A stretch of DNA of 64,000 bases, taken from the NCBI GenBank assembly GCA_038727095.1, contig JAVYWK010000006.1:1-64000 (forward strand), read 5' to 3'. Below are positions 42,704 through 53,207 of this stretch, one piece after another (within the stretch, counting starts at the first letter, position 1; the number at the start of each line of letters is the position of its first letter). The notes beneath the pieces are model-generated. The model ran no database searches and was not told the DNA's origin. It saw nothing but the letters and a program-made list of their open reading frames with translations. A program made the position numbers and the translations under genes. This stretch comes from Thermofilaceae archaeon (GTDB lineage: Archaea; Thermoproteota; Thermoprotei; Thermofilales; Thermofilaceae).

Positions 42704-45700
42704 ATGGTCTTAGACAGCCGCCAGCTGTTTGAGGCTCTCAAGCTTGCGTACCTTTACAGAGAGGAAGAAGGGTGCGAACCTACCAGAACCAACGTCACGT
42801 TCGACGAGCTGCTCCACGAGTTGAAAGAATCTCACCTGGGTGCTGAACGCCTTTACCTTCACCAGCTGGAGGCACTAAGGGAGCTTGAAGCTGGCAAGAA
42901 CGTGATACTGATCGCCGGGACGGGAAGCGGTAAAACGGAGGCTTGGTTCCTCTACGCTGCTAGGCGAAGGATCCCAACCCTAGCCCTCTACCCTACTCTA
43001 GCCCTCGCTAACGACCAGGTTCAAAGGCTGAGCATCTACTGCTCGCTACTTGGCGTAGAACTCCTTCAGCTAGACTCGCCGACGCTGCAGGCAGCCGGAG
43101 CTCCCGGTAGAAGGACTTTGCGAGAAAAGCTGCGCAACGCCCTAGTCGTGGCCAGTAACCCTGCCTTTCTACTGCAAGACTTGAAAAGGTATGGAGCAAC
43201 ACCCCAAAGGGGGTTCATAGCGCCGAATCTGAACCGATTCGGCCTGCTTGTCCTTGATGAGCTCGACTTCTACAGCCCGCGGGAACTGTCGATAATCCTA
43301 GGCATGCTGAGGGTTTTCTCAGAAATGGGGTGGCAGCCGCAAGTGGCCGTGCTGACTGCAACGCTCAGTAACCCCGGAGAGATGGCCGAATTGCTGAAAG
43401 AGGTCAATGGGCGCGATTCCGCTATCGTTAAGGGGGCCCCCTTCCGCGTCCCAAACCGGTTATACGTGGTTCTCGGCAAAGATTTGGAGAAGCTGAGGAT
43501 GATGATCTTAGAGAGGATCGGTGACGTGAGCAGACTGAACCTGGGTGAAGACGTTAAAAGGGCCCTCTTAGACGCAGAAGAGTTCAAGCGGAACGCTTAC
43601 AAGGTGGTACTAGCGCTGAGATCAGCTGGCGTTGAAGTAGAATTCCCACACTTCGATCCTGTAGAGCTGTTGGCTAATTACGCGGAGGATGAGGGTGTCA
43701 CGTTAGTCTTCGCCCGCAGTATAAACACGGCAGAGGAGGTGGTACGTAGAATAAAGCAGAGCCTAGGCGAGAGATCCAGCGCAGTTGCCGTTCACCACCA
43801 CTTGGTGTCAAAGGAGGAGCGCAGGGTCGTCGAAGAGGGGGCTCGCCTCGGAAAAGTTAAGGTGTTAGTAACACCGCGCACTCTGGTTCAAGGAATAGAT
43901 ATAGGGAGCATCGTCAGGGTAGTCCACCTCGGGCTGCCCGATGACGTGAGAGAGTTCTGGCAGCGAGAGGGTAGAAAGGGGAGGAGGGCGAACATCCCGT
44001 TCACGGAGAGCATCATAATCCCCTTCACGAGATGGGATCGGGAACTCCTCAGTAGGGGGCTGAACGCCCTCGACAAGTGGCTCAGACTCCCCCTCGAGAG
44101 GACTATCGTTAACAGAGACAACAAGTATGCTGTGCTATTCACCGGCCTTTTCAAGCTTGCTGCCTCGCGAAGCTTGAATCTGAAGCCTTCAGAGCTCGAA
44201 ATACGCCTACTCCAGGAGCTCGGCTTGTCGAAGGGCCTCGAGTTGACCGCTAGGGGTAAGCGCACCTGGCACAGGCTTAACTTCTATGAGTACGGCCCTC
44301 CGTACGGCGTTAAACGAATTAAGATTTCTGAGGAGGGAGTGGAATACATGCAGGAGGCCTCACACGTGGATGTTGTGGAGAAACTGCAGCCGGGCTGCTT
44401 CGATTACACCTCGGATCTGCTAGTTACAAACCTGAGGGTTACGAAGAGTAGGTGGGTAACGGTTGTCGAAGAGGAGAAAATGACTTTTCAGAACATCTAC
44501 AAGCACGAGTTCCTGGCTCAAGCCTATGAAGAGTACAGAAGGGTAAAGGCACGCTGGGGTGAGAGAACTGACTTCTGGAGGGATTACAATAGGGGGCTGT
44601 TGCGCTCAGAGGTCATTTGCACGATGCATCCCCCCCTTAACGGTTTCGGCCTCTACTTGGAGGTACCCTACAGGGTGATCTGGATCGTCGACGGAGAAGG
44701 AGTACGAGCTAGCACCGTGGGCGGTAAGACCTACATTTACAGGCCGAGAAGGGTGGTGGATGTCCCCTCAACAACGATGGGGAGGTACGAGGACTATAGT
44801 TACGGCAGGCTCTACGAGCTCGAACCCACGATAAACCTAGACTTGGCGAGGCTGGGGCTCGTGCTTATGAAGATCGTTCTCAGGAGGGTTTTCTCCATCG
44901 GATTGAAGAGGATCAGCTACAGCCTTTCAGCTGTAGGCAGCAGGAAGGTTATGGTGCTCTTCGAGGATGACGCGGCCGGCCTCATCGAGAAGCTCGACTG
45001 GTCGGAAGTTAGGAAAGCGATTGAAGATTATCAACCCGACGAGCTTGACGAGATACTGATAGAAACCGTGGACGATTTGGCGTACGCCAAGTTCGTTGAA
45101 ATCGGGTTCCGCTGGGATCTTGTTAAGCAGCACGCTCTCGCTGTGCTTGACACTATCATATCATATGAGCGCGTAAAGCTCCACTTCAGTGGGGTAGAAG
45201 TTAGTGTTCCGAAGCCCTCAAAATCACTGAAGCTCCTCTCATTGGATGCTCTAAGGCTACCGCTCGTCGAGGATGGGGAGGTCGCTTTAGTGTTCGTCGC
45301 CGCGTTCGACGGGGAGGAGGTAAAAACCTTCAAGCTCCTTAAGGAGTTCCACCTGACGGATCCCGCCTCAGCCTTACTGGTTCAGACGATAGCTGATTAC
45401 GTAAACAGGGGCTTCAGGGTGTTAGCTCACGAAGCTGAGCGTCTACTCGAAGATCTAGCCGCTAGCAATCTAGCCGGCCTGAAGGCTCTCCTCTCCGGGT
45501 TGAAAGAGGAGGGTGAGCTGGTGGATACCGCGGTTCTAGTGCAGACAGTGACAGGCCATAAGGTGAGCGCGGACGAGCTTGCCATACTCCTCGGTTTGAG
45601 TTTAAAGGTTGGGTTGAACGATGTTAGAAGAGAATACGAAGAATCGCTAAGGAGAATTAGAACCCTACCCTACTCTAGATGGCTGTCATTCACCCAATAC

Positions 45701-45853
45701 CTCTCCATAAAGGCTGAGCAATACCTCAGCGAGAGAGTACGCAACATGTACATGTGCTTCCTAGCGCTTTCCCAGCTTGCAGCTTGGGGAAAAAGAAATA
45801 AGCTCGTAGTGGAGCGAGATTACGATGGAAGCTACAGCGAAAAGGATCGCTGA
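42704..45853 (+). CDS. SF2 helicase, Hrq1/MrfA(YprA)-like, with degenerate C-terminal RNase H-like domain; start probably ATG at 42704
   Basis: LYLHQ Q-motif, AGTGSGKT, YPTLALANDQ, DELD, TAT, QGIDIG, WQREGRKGR. Confidence 0.85.
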   Translation: MVLDSRQLFEALKLAYLYREEEGCEPTRTNVTFDELLHELKESHLGAERLYLHQLEALRELEAGKNVILIAGTGSGKTEAWFLYAARRRIPTLALYPTLALANDQVQRLSIYCSLLGVELLQLDSPTLQAAGAPGRRTLREKLRNALVVASNPAFLLQDLKRYGATPQRGFIAPNLNRFGLLVLDELDFYSPRELSIILGMLRVFSEMGWQPQVAVLTATLSNPGEMAELLKEVNGRDSAIVKGAPFRVPNRLYVVLGKDLEKLRMMILERIGDVSRLNLGEDVKRALLDAEEFKRNAYKVVLALRSAGVEVEFPHFDPVELLANYAEDEGVTLVFARSINTAEEVVRRIKQSLGERSSAVAVHHHLVSKEERRVVEEGARLGKVKVLVTPRTLVQGIDIGSIVRVVHLGLPDDVREFWQREGRKGRRANIPFTESIIIPFTRWDRELLSRGLNALDKWLRLPLERTIVNRDNKYAVLFTGLFKLAASRSLNLKPSELEIRLLQELGLSKGLELTARGKRTWHRLNFYEYGPPYGVKRIKISEEGVEYMQEASHVDVVEKLQPGCFDYTSDLLVTNLRVTKSRWVTVVEEEKMTFQNIYKHEFLAQAYEEYRRVKARWGERTDFWRDYNRGLLRSEVICTMHPPLNGFGLYLEVPYRVIWIVDGEGVRASTVGGKTYIYRPRRVVDVPSTTMGRYEDYSYGRLYELEPTINLDLARLGLVLMKIVLRRVFSIGLKRISYSLSAVGSRKVMVLFEDDAAGLIEKLDWSEVRKAIEDYQPDELDEILIETVDDLAYAKFVEIGFRWDLVKQHALAVLDTIISYERVKLHFSGVEVSVPKPSKSLKLLSLDALRLPLVEDGEVALVFVAAFDGEEVKTFKLLKEFHLTDPASALLVQTIADYVNRGFRVLAHEAERLLEDLAASNLAGLKALLSGLKEEGELVDTAVLVQTVTGHKVSADELAILLGLSLKVGLNDVRREYEESLRRIRTLPYSRWLSFTQYLSIKAEQYLSERVRNMYMCFLALSQLAAWGKRNKLVVERDYDGSYSEKDR

Positions 45854-46100
45854 GCTTCTATCCGAAAGAGGATACGAAGTCACGCTAAATCTGGGTGAGC
45901 AACCCGAACTCATTGTGAAGAAAAATTCGCTGACGGTTTACGTGTTACTGGCTGGCCGCTACGCTAAGCTGGAGAAGCTCTACGTCAGGCCAGCGCGCGG
46001 AAGCGGAGTAACCGTTGTAAACTGCGAAGATATCACCCGCGTGTGCGAGTGCGTGGAAAGGCTGATTAAAGCACTAGAGTTCGAGGAAAGTCAAGCGTGA
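45825..46100 (+). CDS. Small hypothetical protein
   Basis: 91-aa ORF overlapping helicase end. Confidence 0.55.
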   Translation: MEATAKRIAELLSERGYEVTLNLGEQPELIVKKNSLTVYVLLAGRYAKLEKLYVRPARGSGVTVVNCEDITRVCECVERLIKALEFEESQA

Positions 46101-46132
46101 GCACTTATTAATCCATCCAATTTGGTTGGGCG

Positions 46133-46957
46133 TTGATGCAACTAGGCGTCTCGACTTATTCCTATTGGCATTTCCGTGGGCCAAAGCTGCCGCTTACAGA
46201 GTACCTGAAGGCCGCTCAGGTGGACGGCTTCCACGGGGTGGAGGTGCTCGTAAACCACGTGGAATCGAGGGCGCGCAGCTACTTAAAAGAGGTTCGGCGG
46301 TGCGCCTTCGAATTAGGCCTCGAAATCTACGCGGTAGCCTTGCACAACAACTTCGTCAAGCCTGACCCCAGCGAGCGGCAGAGGCAGGTTTCCTACGTGC
46401 TGGAGTGGCTTGAAGTCGCGCACGAGCTTGGAGCCACTGTTGTCAGGATCAACTCGGGGCGTTGGGGGACGATAAGGAGCTTCGACGAGCTAATGAAGGC
46501 AAGGGGGATTGAACCTCCGATCGAAGGTTACACGGAAGATGATGCTATCGACTGGGTGGTAGATTGTATCTACCAGTGCCTTGACAAGGCGCAGGACCTC
46601 GGCATCATCCTCGGGCTCGAGAACCACTGGGGTTTAACCACAAGAGCTGAAACAATGCTGAAGATCGTCAAGAGAATCTCTTCGAGGTGGTTTGGAGTCA
46701 TAATGGATACAGGCAACTTCATTTACGACACTTACAGGGAGCTCGAGATGATAGCTCCTTACACGGTCATGGTTCACGCGAAAACCTACTTCGGGGGCGG
46801 AGAGTGGTACACACCTGACCTTGATTACTCGAGGATCTTCGGAATCCTAAAGGGGGTCGGCTTCACTGGCTGGGTATCCCTGGAGTACGAGGGTCGCGAA
46901 GAAGCGCGAACGGGAGTGCGGAAGAGCAGGGAACTTCTACTCACGTTTATGAAATAG
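46133..46957 (+). CDS. Sugar phosphate isomerase/epimerase (xylose isomerase-like TIM barrel)
   Basis: LGLENHWG, MDTGNF, VHAK, VSLEYEG. Confidence 0.88.
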   Translation: MMQLGVSTYSYWHFRGPKLPLTEYLKAAQVDGFHGVEVLVNHVESRARSYLKEVRRCAFELGLEIYAVALHNNFVKPDPSERQRQVSYVLEWLEVAHELGATVVRINSGRWGTIRSFDELMKARGIEPPIEGYTEDDAIDWVVDCIYQCLDKAQDLGIILGLENHWGLTTRAETMLKIVKRISSRWFGVIMDTGNFIYDTYRELEMIAPYTVMVHAKTYFGGGEWYTPDLDYSRIFGILKGVGFTGWVSLEYEGREEARTGVRKSRELLLTFMK

Positions 46958-47992
46958 CAAAGTTTCATCTCCCCTCTCGCTGATATTCACTATTTCTTTC
47001 ACTGTTAGAAGAGGACGCTCGGGTACGAGCCCGCCAGGCCTCTTTATCAGAAGAACGATCAGCAGAGCTCCCAGAATCACATAGGACGCGTAGTTAACGT
47101 CAAAGGGGATCGGCAACAGGTGCTTAACGAAGATCATCGCTCGGTCTATCAGAAGGTAAATCCCGGCACCCACGAGGGGGCTGTAAGGGTTGCCTCGCCC
47201 ACCCAAAACCACCATTAGCACGACGATGAAAGTCCTCGAAACTGTGAAATCGTCTGGGTTCACGGCACCCATGTAGAACGCGTATAGAACACCGGCTACA
47301 GCAGCCATCGCAGATCCTACGGCGAGCACCCAGGCTCTCACCTTGGCGACATCTAACCCGTAGGCTTTAGCCGCTATCTCGTCGTCGCGTATGGCCCGCA
47401 GTATCCTGCCCAGGGGGGAGGTTGAGATTTTGAACGTGAGGAGCCAGATGCCGAACCCCATCGCCAGGGAAACGAGGAAGAGGACAAGTTCCCTCCAGGG
47501 GCTCCCTAGCCATGCGAAGGGGTTAACGACGCCGGCGCCGAAGGTCCCTCCAACTAGAGGTTCGTAGTTGCGAGCTAGGACTCTAACGATCTCGCTGAAC
47601 GCTATGAGTGTTATCGCCAAGTAGTCCTCCCTCAGCCTCAAAGCCGGGTAAGTGACAGCTGCACCTAGCAGCGCGGCTAGCGGAACCGCTACAGCGAATG
47701 GCAGCGCGAATATCACAAGACCGAGCAACGGGTGCGAAGCGATCTGCCTAGTGATCAGCGTAGCATAGAAGTAGCTCGTTAGTTTAAACTCGCCCTCTAG
47801 CGCTAGCCCCAGTATCAGCGCGCCAACCCTAACAGACAGTGCCCCAACGGTGAAGGCTCCAAGTGCTAGGAAAGCTGCCTTGGCAAAGGAGGGTAAGCCC
47901 AGCTCGCCGTACTCCAGCTCCATCGAGGATGCCAGGATGAGGTAGATCGAGTAGAGAGTCCCGAAGCTGACGAGAAAGCTTAGGATCTCCAA
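46937..47992 (-). CDS. livM: Branched-chain amino acid ABC transporter permease
   Basis: LRLREDYLAITL, GRILRAIRDDE, VVLGGRG. Confidence 0.9.
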   Translation of the reverse strand: MEILSFLVSFGTLYSIYLILASSMELEYGELGLPSFAKAAFLALGAFTVGALSVRVGALILGLALEGEFKLTSYFYATLITRQIASHPLLGLVIFALPFAVAVPLAALLGAAVTYPALRLREDYLAITLIAFSEIVRVLARNYEPLVGGTFGAGVVNPFAWLGSPWRELVLFLVSLAMGFGIWLLTFKISTSPLGRILRAIRDDEIAAKAYGLDVAKVRAWVLAVGSAMAAVAGVLYAFYMGAVNPDDFTVSRTFIVVLMVVLGGRGNPYSPLVGAGIYLLIDRAMIFVKHLLPIPFDVNYASYVILGALLIVLLIKRPGGLVPERPLLTVKEIVNISERGDETLLFHKRE

Positions 47993-48897
47993 CTGCCTTT
48001 CACCCCGTTACTCCAGAGTATCGACAACCCCCTCGGTGACAGCATTAGAGTGGCAACGATGGCGGCGAAAACCACGAGGGGTCTGTAAGCGGTGCTTATA
48101 CCCAATGACGCTAGGAGGTACGAAAAGAGAAGCTCAGAGGAGCCTATTAGGTACGCTCCTAAAACGCTGCCCAAGAGGCTGCCCACCCCTCCGACTATGA
48201 CGGATGCGAACATCGAGAGCAGCATCGACCACCCTGTATCGGGGTTTACGAGAAGGCGAAACGGTAAGAAGACGCCTGCGGTGGCTGCTAAAGCACCGGA
48301 AATAAACCAACTGATCGCGAATACCCTCCTCACGTTAATGCCCAGCACCATGGCCAACTGCTGGTTTTCAATAGTCGCTCTCATTGCGACGCCCAACTTC
48401 GTCCTGTAGAGGAGGAGGTACAGCATCACAAGAAGTACGGATGCAGTCAGGGATGACCCAATAAGCGCTCCTGGGATACTCACTCCACCTACTAGGAGCC
48501 TCGCGTCGTTAAACATGAAGTCCCTGCCGTACACGTTGAAAGTCCGCTGCAACAGATCTGCGTAGATGTGGAGGGAGTAACGGATGACCATGTCGAGGGC
48601 TAGAGAAGCAACCATCAGCGTCACGGGACCTGCACCAGCTCTTCTAAGGGGTTCAAAGACCAGTGTGAAGCTTAGCAGAGCAACAAAGCCCCCCACCGCA
48701 AACGCCGCGGGTAGGCAGAGGTAGGGGGATAACCCTAGCGCAGCACTCAGCGTGTACGCGGTGTACACGCCCACCATCGCTAAGTCCCCATGGGCGAAGT
48801 TGGAAACCCGGCTAGTCAGAATCGTTAGGCATAGTCCGATTGATAGCAGCGCTAGGAAGTTACTGTACACTACCGCGCCGATGATCACATCTAGCAT
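47980..48897 (-). CDS. livH: Branched-chain amino acid ABC transporter permease
   Basis: NFAHGD, TKLGVAMRA, VIVGGVGS. Confidence 0.9.
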   Translation of the reverse strand: MLDVIIGAVVYSNFLALLSIGLCLTILTSRVSNFAHGDLAMVGVYTAYTLSAALGLSPYLCLPAAFAVGGFVALLSFTLVFEPLRRAGAGPVTLMVASLALDMVIRYSLHIYADLLQRTFNVYGRDFMFNDARLLVGGVSIPGALIGSSLTASVLLVMLYLLLYRTKLGVAMRATIENQQLAMVLGINVRRVFAISWFISGALAATAGVFLPFRLLVNPDTGWSMLLSMFASVIVGGVGSLLGSVLGAYLIGSSELLFSYLLASLGISTAYRPLVVFAAIVATLMLSPRGLSILWSNGVKGSWRS

Positions 48898-49616
48898 CTA
48901 GACACCCTCTCCAAACCTAGGTACGTCTTCACGAGCTCCCTATCCTCAAGCAGCTCGCTAGGGCTTCCCAGGAACTTTATCGTGCCCGAGACCATCAGGA
49001 GAGCCCTGTCGCAGACCTCGAGCGCCGCGAGCGCGTTCTGCTCCACGAGCAGTACGGATACCCCAAGCTCATCCCTCAGGTTCGAGATCCGCGTGATTAC
49101 CTGCCTAGCCAGTCTAGGCGCTAGCGCAGCAGTCGGCTCATCAAACATGATCAACATGGGATCACGTAACAGGCACATTGCAAGGGCAACCATCTGCCTC
49201 TCCCCACCGCTCAAGGTTTTTACCTTTCTGTTTAAAAATGTTTTTAATTCCGGTACTAAATCAAAAATTTTATTTAATTTTCCATCTAAATTTGAACTTT
49301 TATCATATAGAGCTAGCATTATATTTTCTTTAACTGTTAAATTTTCGAATACATTCCCAACCTGCGGTAAGTATGCTAAACCCATCAGCGATCTCAGGTG
49401 GGGAGGGGCGCGGGTGATGTCAACGCCTCTGAAGGTTATTATCCCTGAAAAAATGGTGCACAAACCGAAGATTGCTTTTAGTAGCGTGCTCTTGCCGCTG
49501 CCATTCGGGCCTACCACAGCCAGCAATTCACGCTCTTTCACGTTCATTGAGATATCAGATAAAACCCTAATCTTGCCGTATCCTGCATGCAGCTCGCGGA
49601 CCTCCAGCGGATACAA
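48891..49616 (-). CDS. livF: Branched-chain amino acid ABC transporter ATPase
   Basis: GPNGSGKST, LSGGERQMVA, DEPTAALAP, LVEQN. Confidence 0.92.
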   Translation of the reverse strand: MYPLEVRELHAGYGKIRVLSDISMNVKERELLAVVGPNGSGKSTLLKAIFGLCTIFSGIITFRGVDITRAPPHLRSLMGLAYLPQVGNVFENLTVKENIMLALYDKSSNLDGKLNKIFDLVPELKTFLNRKVKTLSGGERQMVALAMCLLRDPMLIMFDEPTAALAPRLARQVITRISNLRDELGVSVLLVEQNALAALEVCDRALLMVSGTIKFLGSPSELLEDRELVKTYLGLERVSRC

Positions 49617-49618
49617 TG

Positions 49619-50368
49619 TTACTCACCCAGGTAAGCCTTCCTTACCTCAGCGTGCTCGAGCACTTCCTCGGGCCCCCCCTCTGCGATCACACGTCCGTTG
49701 TGCATAACGTAGACGAAATCCGCCTGCTTTAGGGCCAAGTCGAGTCTGTGCTCGACCATTAACACCGTAAGACCCAATCTTCTTCGGAGCTCTGCAATGC
49801 GATCCATAATCTCCATGGCTAGCGTCGGGTTCACACCGGCGAGAGGCTCATCCAGCAGTAGCAGCTTTGGTTCACCCATGAGAGCTCTGGCCAGCTCGAG
49901 AAGCTTCATCTGCCCACCGCTCAGGGAGGAAGCTGGCTTATCCCAGGCCCGCTCGAGCGATAAGAGCTTGAGGACCTCAAACGCCTTATCTACGAGTCCC
50001 CTCTCGCTGCGCCTGAATGCAAGCTTGAAAAAATCATCTACGCCGCGGTATGAAGCGATTAGGACGTTCTCCAGAACGCTCAAGGATGGGAAAAGGTGGG
50101 GGATCTGGAATGTTGTTACGATCCCCAGCTCGAATCGCTTGTGAGGAGGTAAGCGTGTTACATTTCTACCTTCGAAGAAGATTGTTCCGCTCTCAGGCTC
50201 AAGAAGCCCTCCGGCAACCTGGATGAACGTGGTCTTGCCACTACCGTTAGGGCCTATGAGCAGGGTTAACGTCCCTCTATCGACTGTTAGCGTCACGTTA
50301 TCTAGCGCTCTAACTTGACCAAACCTCTTTGAGATACCATTTGCAAGAAAAAGACCGTTCAAGTTCAT
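49619..50368 (-). CDS. livG: Branched-chain amino acid ABC transporter ATPase
   Basis: GPNGSGKTT, TFQ, LSGGQMKLLELARAL, DEPLAGVNP, VRKAYLG. Confidence 0.92.
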   Translation of the reverse strand: MNLNGLFLANGISKRFGQVRALDNVTLTVDRGTLTLLIGPNGSGKTTFIQVAGGLLEPESGTIFFEGRNVTRLPPHKRFELGIVTTFQIPHLFPSLSVLENVLIASYRGVDDFFKLAFRRSERGLVDKAFEVLKLLSLERAWDKPASSLSGGQMKLLELARALMGEPKLLLLDEPLAGVNPTLAMEIMDRIAELRRRLGLTVLMVEHRLDLALKQADFVYVMHNGRVIAEGGPEEVLEHAEVRKAYLGE

Positions 50369-50394
50369 GGTGCTTACCCTACGTACCTGAGCGT

Positions 50395-51651
50395 TTAACC
50401 TCCAGCGGGTGTCACAGCATCAGTGTCGATACTGTATACAGCAACAAGGCGCCAAGCGTACTCATTACCCTCCCTTAGTAGCTGGAAGATGCCGTAGTCA
50501 CCAGCCTTCCTGTCACCGTTTTCGTCTAAGCTGATTGTCCCGGTAACACCGTAGTACCGATTCGCCACTAAAGGTAGAAGTTCTGCCAACTTCTCTCCAT
50601 CATAGTCGCCCGAGAGCATGATGGACAGGGCAATCAACCATACAGCATCGCAAGAGTTTAGGGAGTAGCTGTCAGGATCCTCACCGTAGAGCTGACGATA
50701 CCTCGCCTTGAAAGTCTCTTGAATCGGATTGGCTGAAGGAACGTATACTGTGGATGGTAAGCCGCCTAGCAAGACCGCTTCGGCGCCCGCCTCCGAGGCT
50801 AGCTTACTGTTAAGAGCAAGACCATCGGTTCCAAACCACTTGAGCTTCGAAAGGATAGGGTTCCCTGCTGCTAGCTTGATTATCTGAATACCCTCTTCGA
50901 AGGATATCAAGAGTACCGCGGTGCTCGGGCCGAGTCGTTGTGCGAGCTCGGCTGTACGAGCTACTTCTGCTGAGAACTCCTTAGCGCTCACATCATAGGC
51001 TAAACCCTCGATTTTACCTCCTAATGCCTCAAAGTTGGATTTGAAGTTCTCAAACAACCCTTTCCCCCAAGCATCATTCCGGTAGATAACAATCGCATTC
51101 TTGAAACCGCTAGTGTAAATGAACTTTGCTAAAGCTTTACCCTGGTAGCTGTCGGGCGGAACCACTCTGTAGACGTAATCTCCCGGTATGGCGAGAGCTA
51201 CAGCCGTCGAAGATTGACTAACAACCAGAAGCTTATTGGCATCCGCAAACGGTTTAACCTGGCTCACTTCCCTGCTCGACATTGGGCCAATGAAGGCTTT
51301 TACACCTTGAGCTGCAAGGGCTTCTATCCTAGATCTTGCAGCTTCGGGATCAGTACCAGTATCCTCGAATAGCACTTGAAAACGGAACCTGCTACCCATC
51401 TTCTCGGCAAAACGATTAACGTCCTCAATGGCTAGCTGGATAGCGTTACGGTTACGCGCACCAAAGGTGGCTAGATCCCCGCTGAGGGGTAGTAAGGCCC
51501 CTATCTTAATCGTCGTTACTTCCTGTGCACCGCCTGCGACGAGAAAACGGGAGAAGTACCCAGCCGCAAAGCTAGCTGCTATAGCAGCAATTAACACAGC
51601 AATGTAGATAATTCTACCTTTTTTTCGCGTTACTTGAGTACCTTCCGTCAC
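50395..51651 (-). CDS. livK: Branched-chain amino acid ABC transporter substrate-binding protein; start probably GTG at 51651
   Basis: N-terminal TM anchor, KIGALLPLSG, GVTGTISLDENGDR. Confidence 0.85.
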   Translation of the reverse strand: MTEGTQVTRKKGRIIYIAVLIAAIAASFAAGYFSRFLVAGGAQEVTTIKIGALLPLSGDLATFGARNRNAIQLAIEDVNRFAEKMGSRFRFQVLFEDTGTDPEAARSRIEALAAQGVKAFIGPMSSREVSQVKPFADANKLLVVSQSSTAVALAIPGDYVYRVVPPDSYQGKALAKFIYTSGFKNAIVIYRNDAWGKGLFENFKSNFEALGGKIEGLAYDVSAKEFSAEVARTAELAQRLGPSTAVLLISFEEGIQIIKLAAGNPILSKLKWFGTDGLALNSKLASEAGAEAVLLGGLPSTVYVPSANPIQETFKARYRQLYGEDPDSYSLNSCDAVWLIALSIMLSGDYDGEKLAELLPLVANRYYGVTGTISLDENGDRKAGDYGIFQLLREGNEYAWRLVAVYSIDTDAVTPAGG

Positions 51652-51941
51652 AGAGGTGTATCTTTCGATAGTCCTTAAAAGTCTTTTTCTTCTTTCGTCC
51701 AATCCTGCAGCTACTTAAAGATTTTTCATATAAAAACATTGTCTTAGCATATTATATGTTCTAAAACATGAGAAAACATGAATATACACAGCAGTACATT
51801 TAGGTGATAACAGTTATATCTAGACTGTACTCTCATGGTCATGTGCATCGTTGCAGTTACTAAGCTTCCCAATGCTCAGGTGCAGGTAACTCCTTAGCGG
51901 CAGTAGATCACTTAAAACTGTGGCGAAAGATTGATTAAGAA

Positions 51942-53207
51942 ATGGCTTTGATGAGCTCCATGATGGAGAAAATCGGTGTAGCTCTGGTTGGTGCCGGGTT
52001 CGCAGCTAAATTTCACGTGAGAGGGTGGGTGGGCGTAAGGGGGGCTGATGTTACGGCTGTTTACAGCAGAACTGAGGCGCGGGCAAGGGAGCTGGCCTCA
52101 TTGGTTGAACAGCTTGGTGTGGGTAGACCGAAAGTCTATACAGATATTTACGAGATGCTCGGCGACAAGAACGTCAATGCGGTCTGGATTCTTACGCCTA
52201 ACTACGCAAGGCTCGACGTTGTAAAAGCCGTGGCTGAGGAAGCGAAGCAGGGCAAGGGCAATCTCGTAGGTGTAGCCTGTGAGAAACCTCTCGCGCGCAA
52301 TGTTCAAGAGGCGCGGGAAATGATCAAACTGGTTGAGAAGGCCGGGCTCCTACACGGCTACCTGGAGAACCAGGTTTTCATGCCCTCAGTCACGAGGGGG
52401 AAGGAGGTTGTCTGGAGGTTCGGTGCCAAGTACAGCGGTAGACCTTACCTGGCTAGAGCAGCGGAGGAGCACGGAGGACCTCACGCTCCATGGTTCTGGA
52501 AGCCCACTCAGTCGGGTGGAGGCGTGCTCCTCGACATGATGTGCCACAGCCTTGAAGCTTCAAGGTACGTGCTCTGGGATCCTGAGCGGGGGAAAGGCAG
52601 CATCAAGCCGCGGAAGGTTTGGGGCGATATTGCCTCGCTCAAGTGGACCAGGAAGGGCTACGTTGAGAGGTTGAAGCAGAGCTACGGCGTCGACTACTCC
52701 GTCGAACCCGCTGAAGACTACGCGACAGCCGTCGTCGTGTACGAGGATGAGGAGGGGAATGTGGCTTTAACCGAGACGCATACCTCCTGGTCATTCATAG
52801 GGGCGGGTTTAAGGCTTACCTTCGAAGTGCTCGGACCTGAATACTCACTCTGGATCAACACACTTCAACCGGAGCTCTTCACCTTCTTCAGCAGGCACGT
52901 GAAGATCCCGCCCAGCGAAGAGTTTGTTGAGAAGCAGAACGCGGATCAAGGCTTGATGCCTGTGATACCCGATGAGGCAGTCACGTACGGCTACCAAGCT
53001 GAGGATCGCTACATGGTGGAGTGCTTCCTAAGGGGCGTGCAGCCAATCGAGAACTGGTACGACGGCCTCCTCGTTATGCAGCTAATGATGCTCGCCTATC
53101 TCAGCGCCGAAAAAGGGCAGAAGTTTAGCTTTGATCCGTCCCTCGTCGAGAACTACGTACCTCCGGTGCAGAAGGGAACCTGGAATCCAAGGTCCCTGCT
53201 CCTTTGA
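51942..53207 (+). CDS. Gfo/Idh/MocA family oxidoreductase
   Basis: VGAGFAA Rossmann motif, CEKPLA, GGGVLLDMMCH. Confidence 0.9.
   Translation: MALMSSMMEKIGVALVGAGFAAKFHVRGWVGVRGADVTAVYSRTEARARELASLVEQLGVGRPKVYTDIYEMLGDKNVNAVWILTPNYARLDVVKAVAEEAKQGKGNLVGVACEKPLARNVQEAREMIKLVEKAGLLHGYLENQVFMPSVTRGKEVVWRFGAKYSGRPYLARAAEEHGGPHAPWFWKPTQSGGGVLLDMMCHSLEASRYVLWDPERGKGSIKPRKVWGDIASLKWTRKGYVERLKQSYGVDYSVEPAEDYATAVVVYEDEEGNVALTETHTSWSFIGAGLRLTFEVLGPEYSLWINTLQPELFTFFSRHVKIPPSEEFVEKQNADQGLMPVIPDEAVTYGYQAEDRYMVECFLRGVQPIENWYDGLLVMQLMMLAYLSAEKGQKFSFDPSLVENYVPPVQKGTWNPRSLLL

Noticed and set aside
51700-51940. Replication origin in the AT-rich gap (AAAACAT x3)
   Set aside because: No ORB-like boxes or orc1/cdc6/whiP nearby; explained as the divergent promoter region of the liv operon and the oxidoreductase
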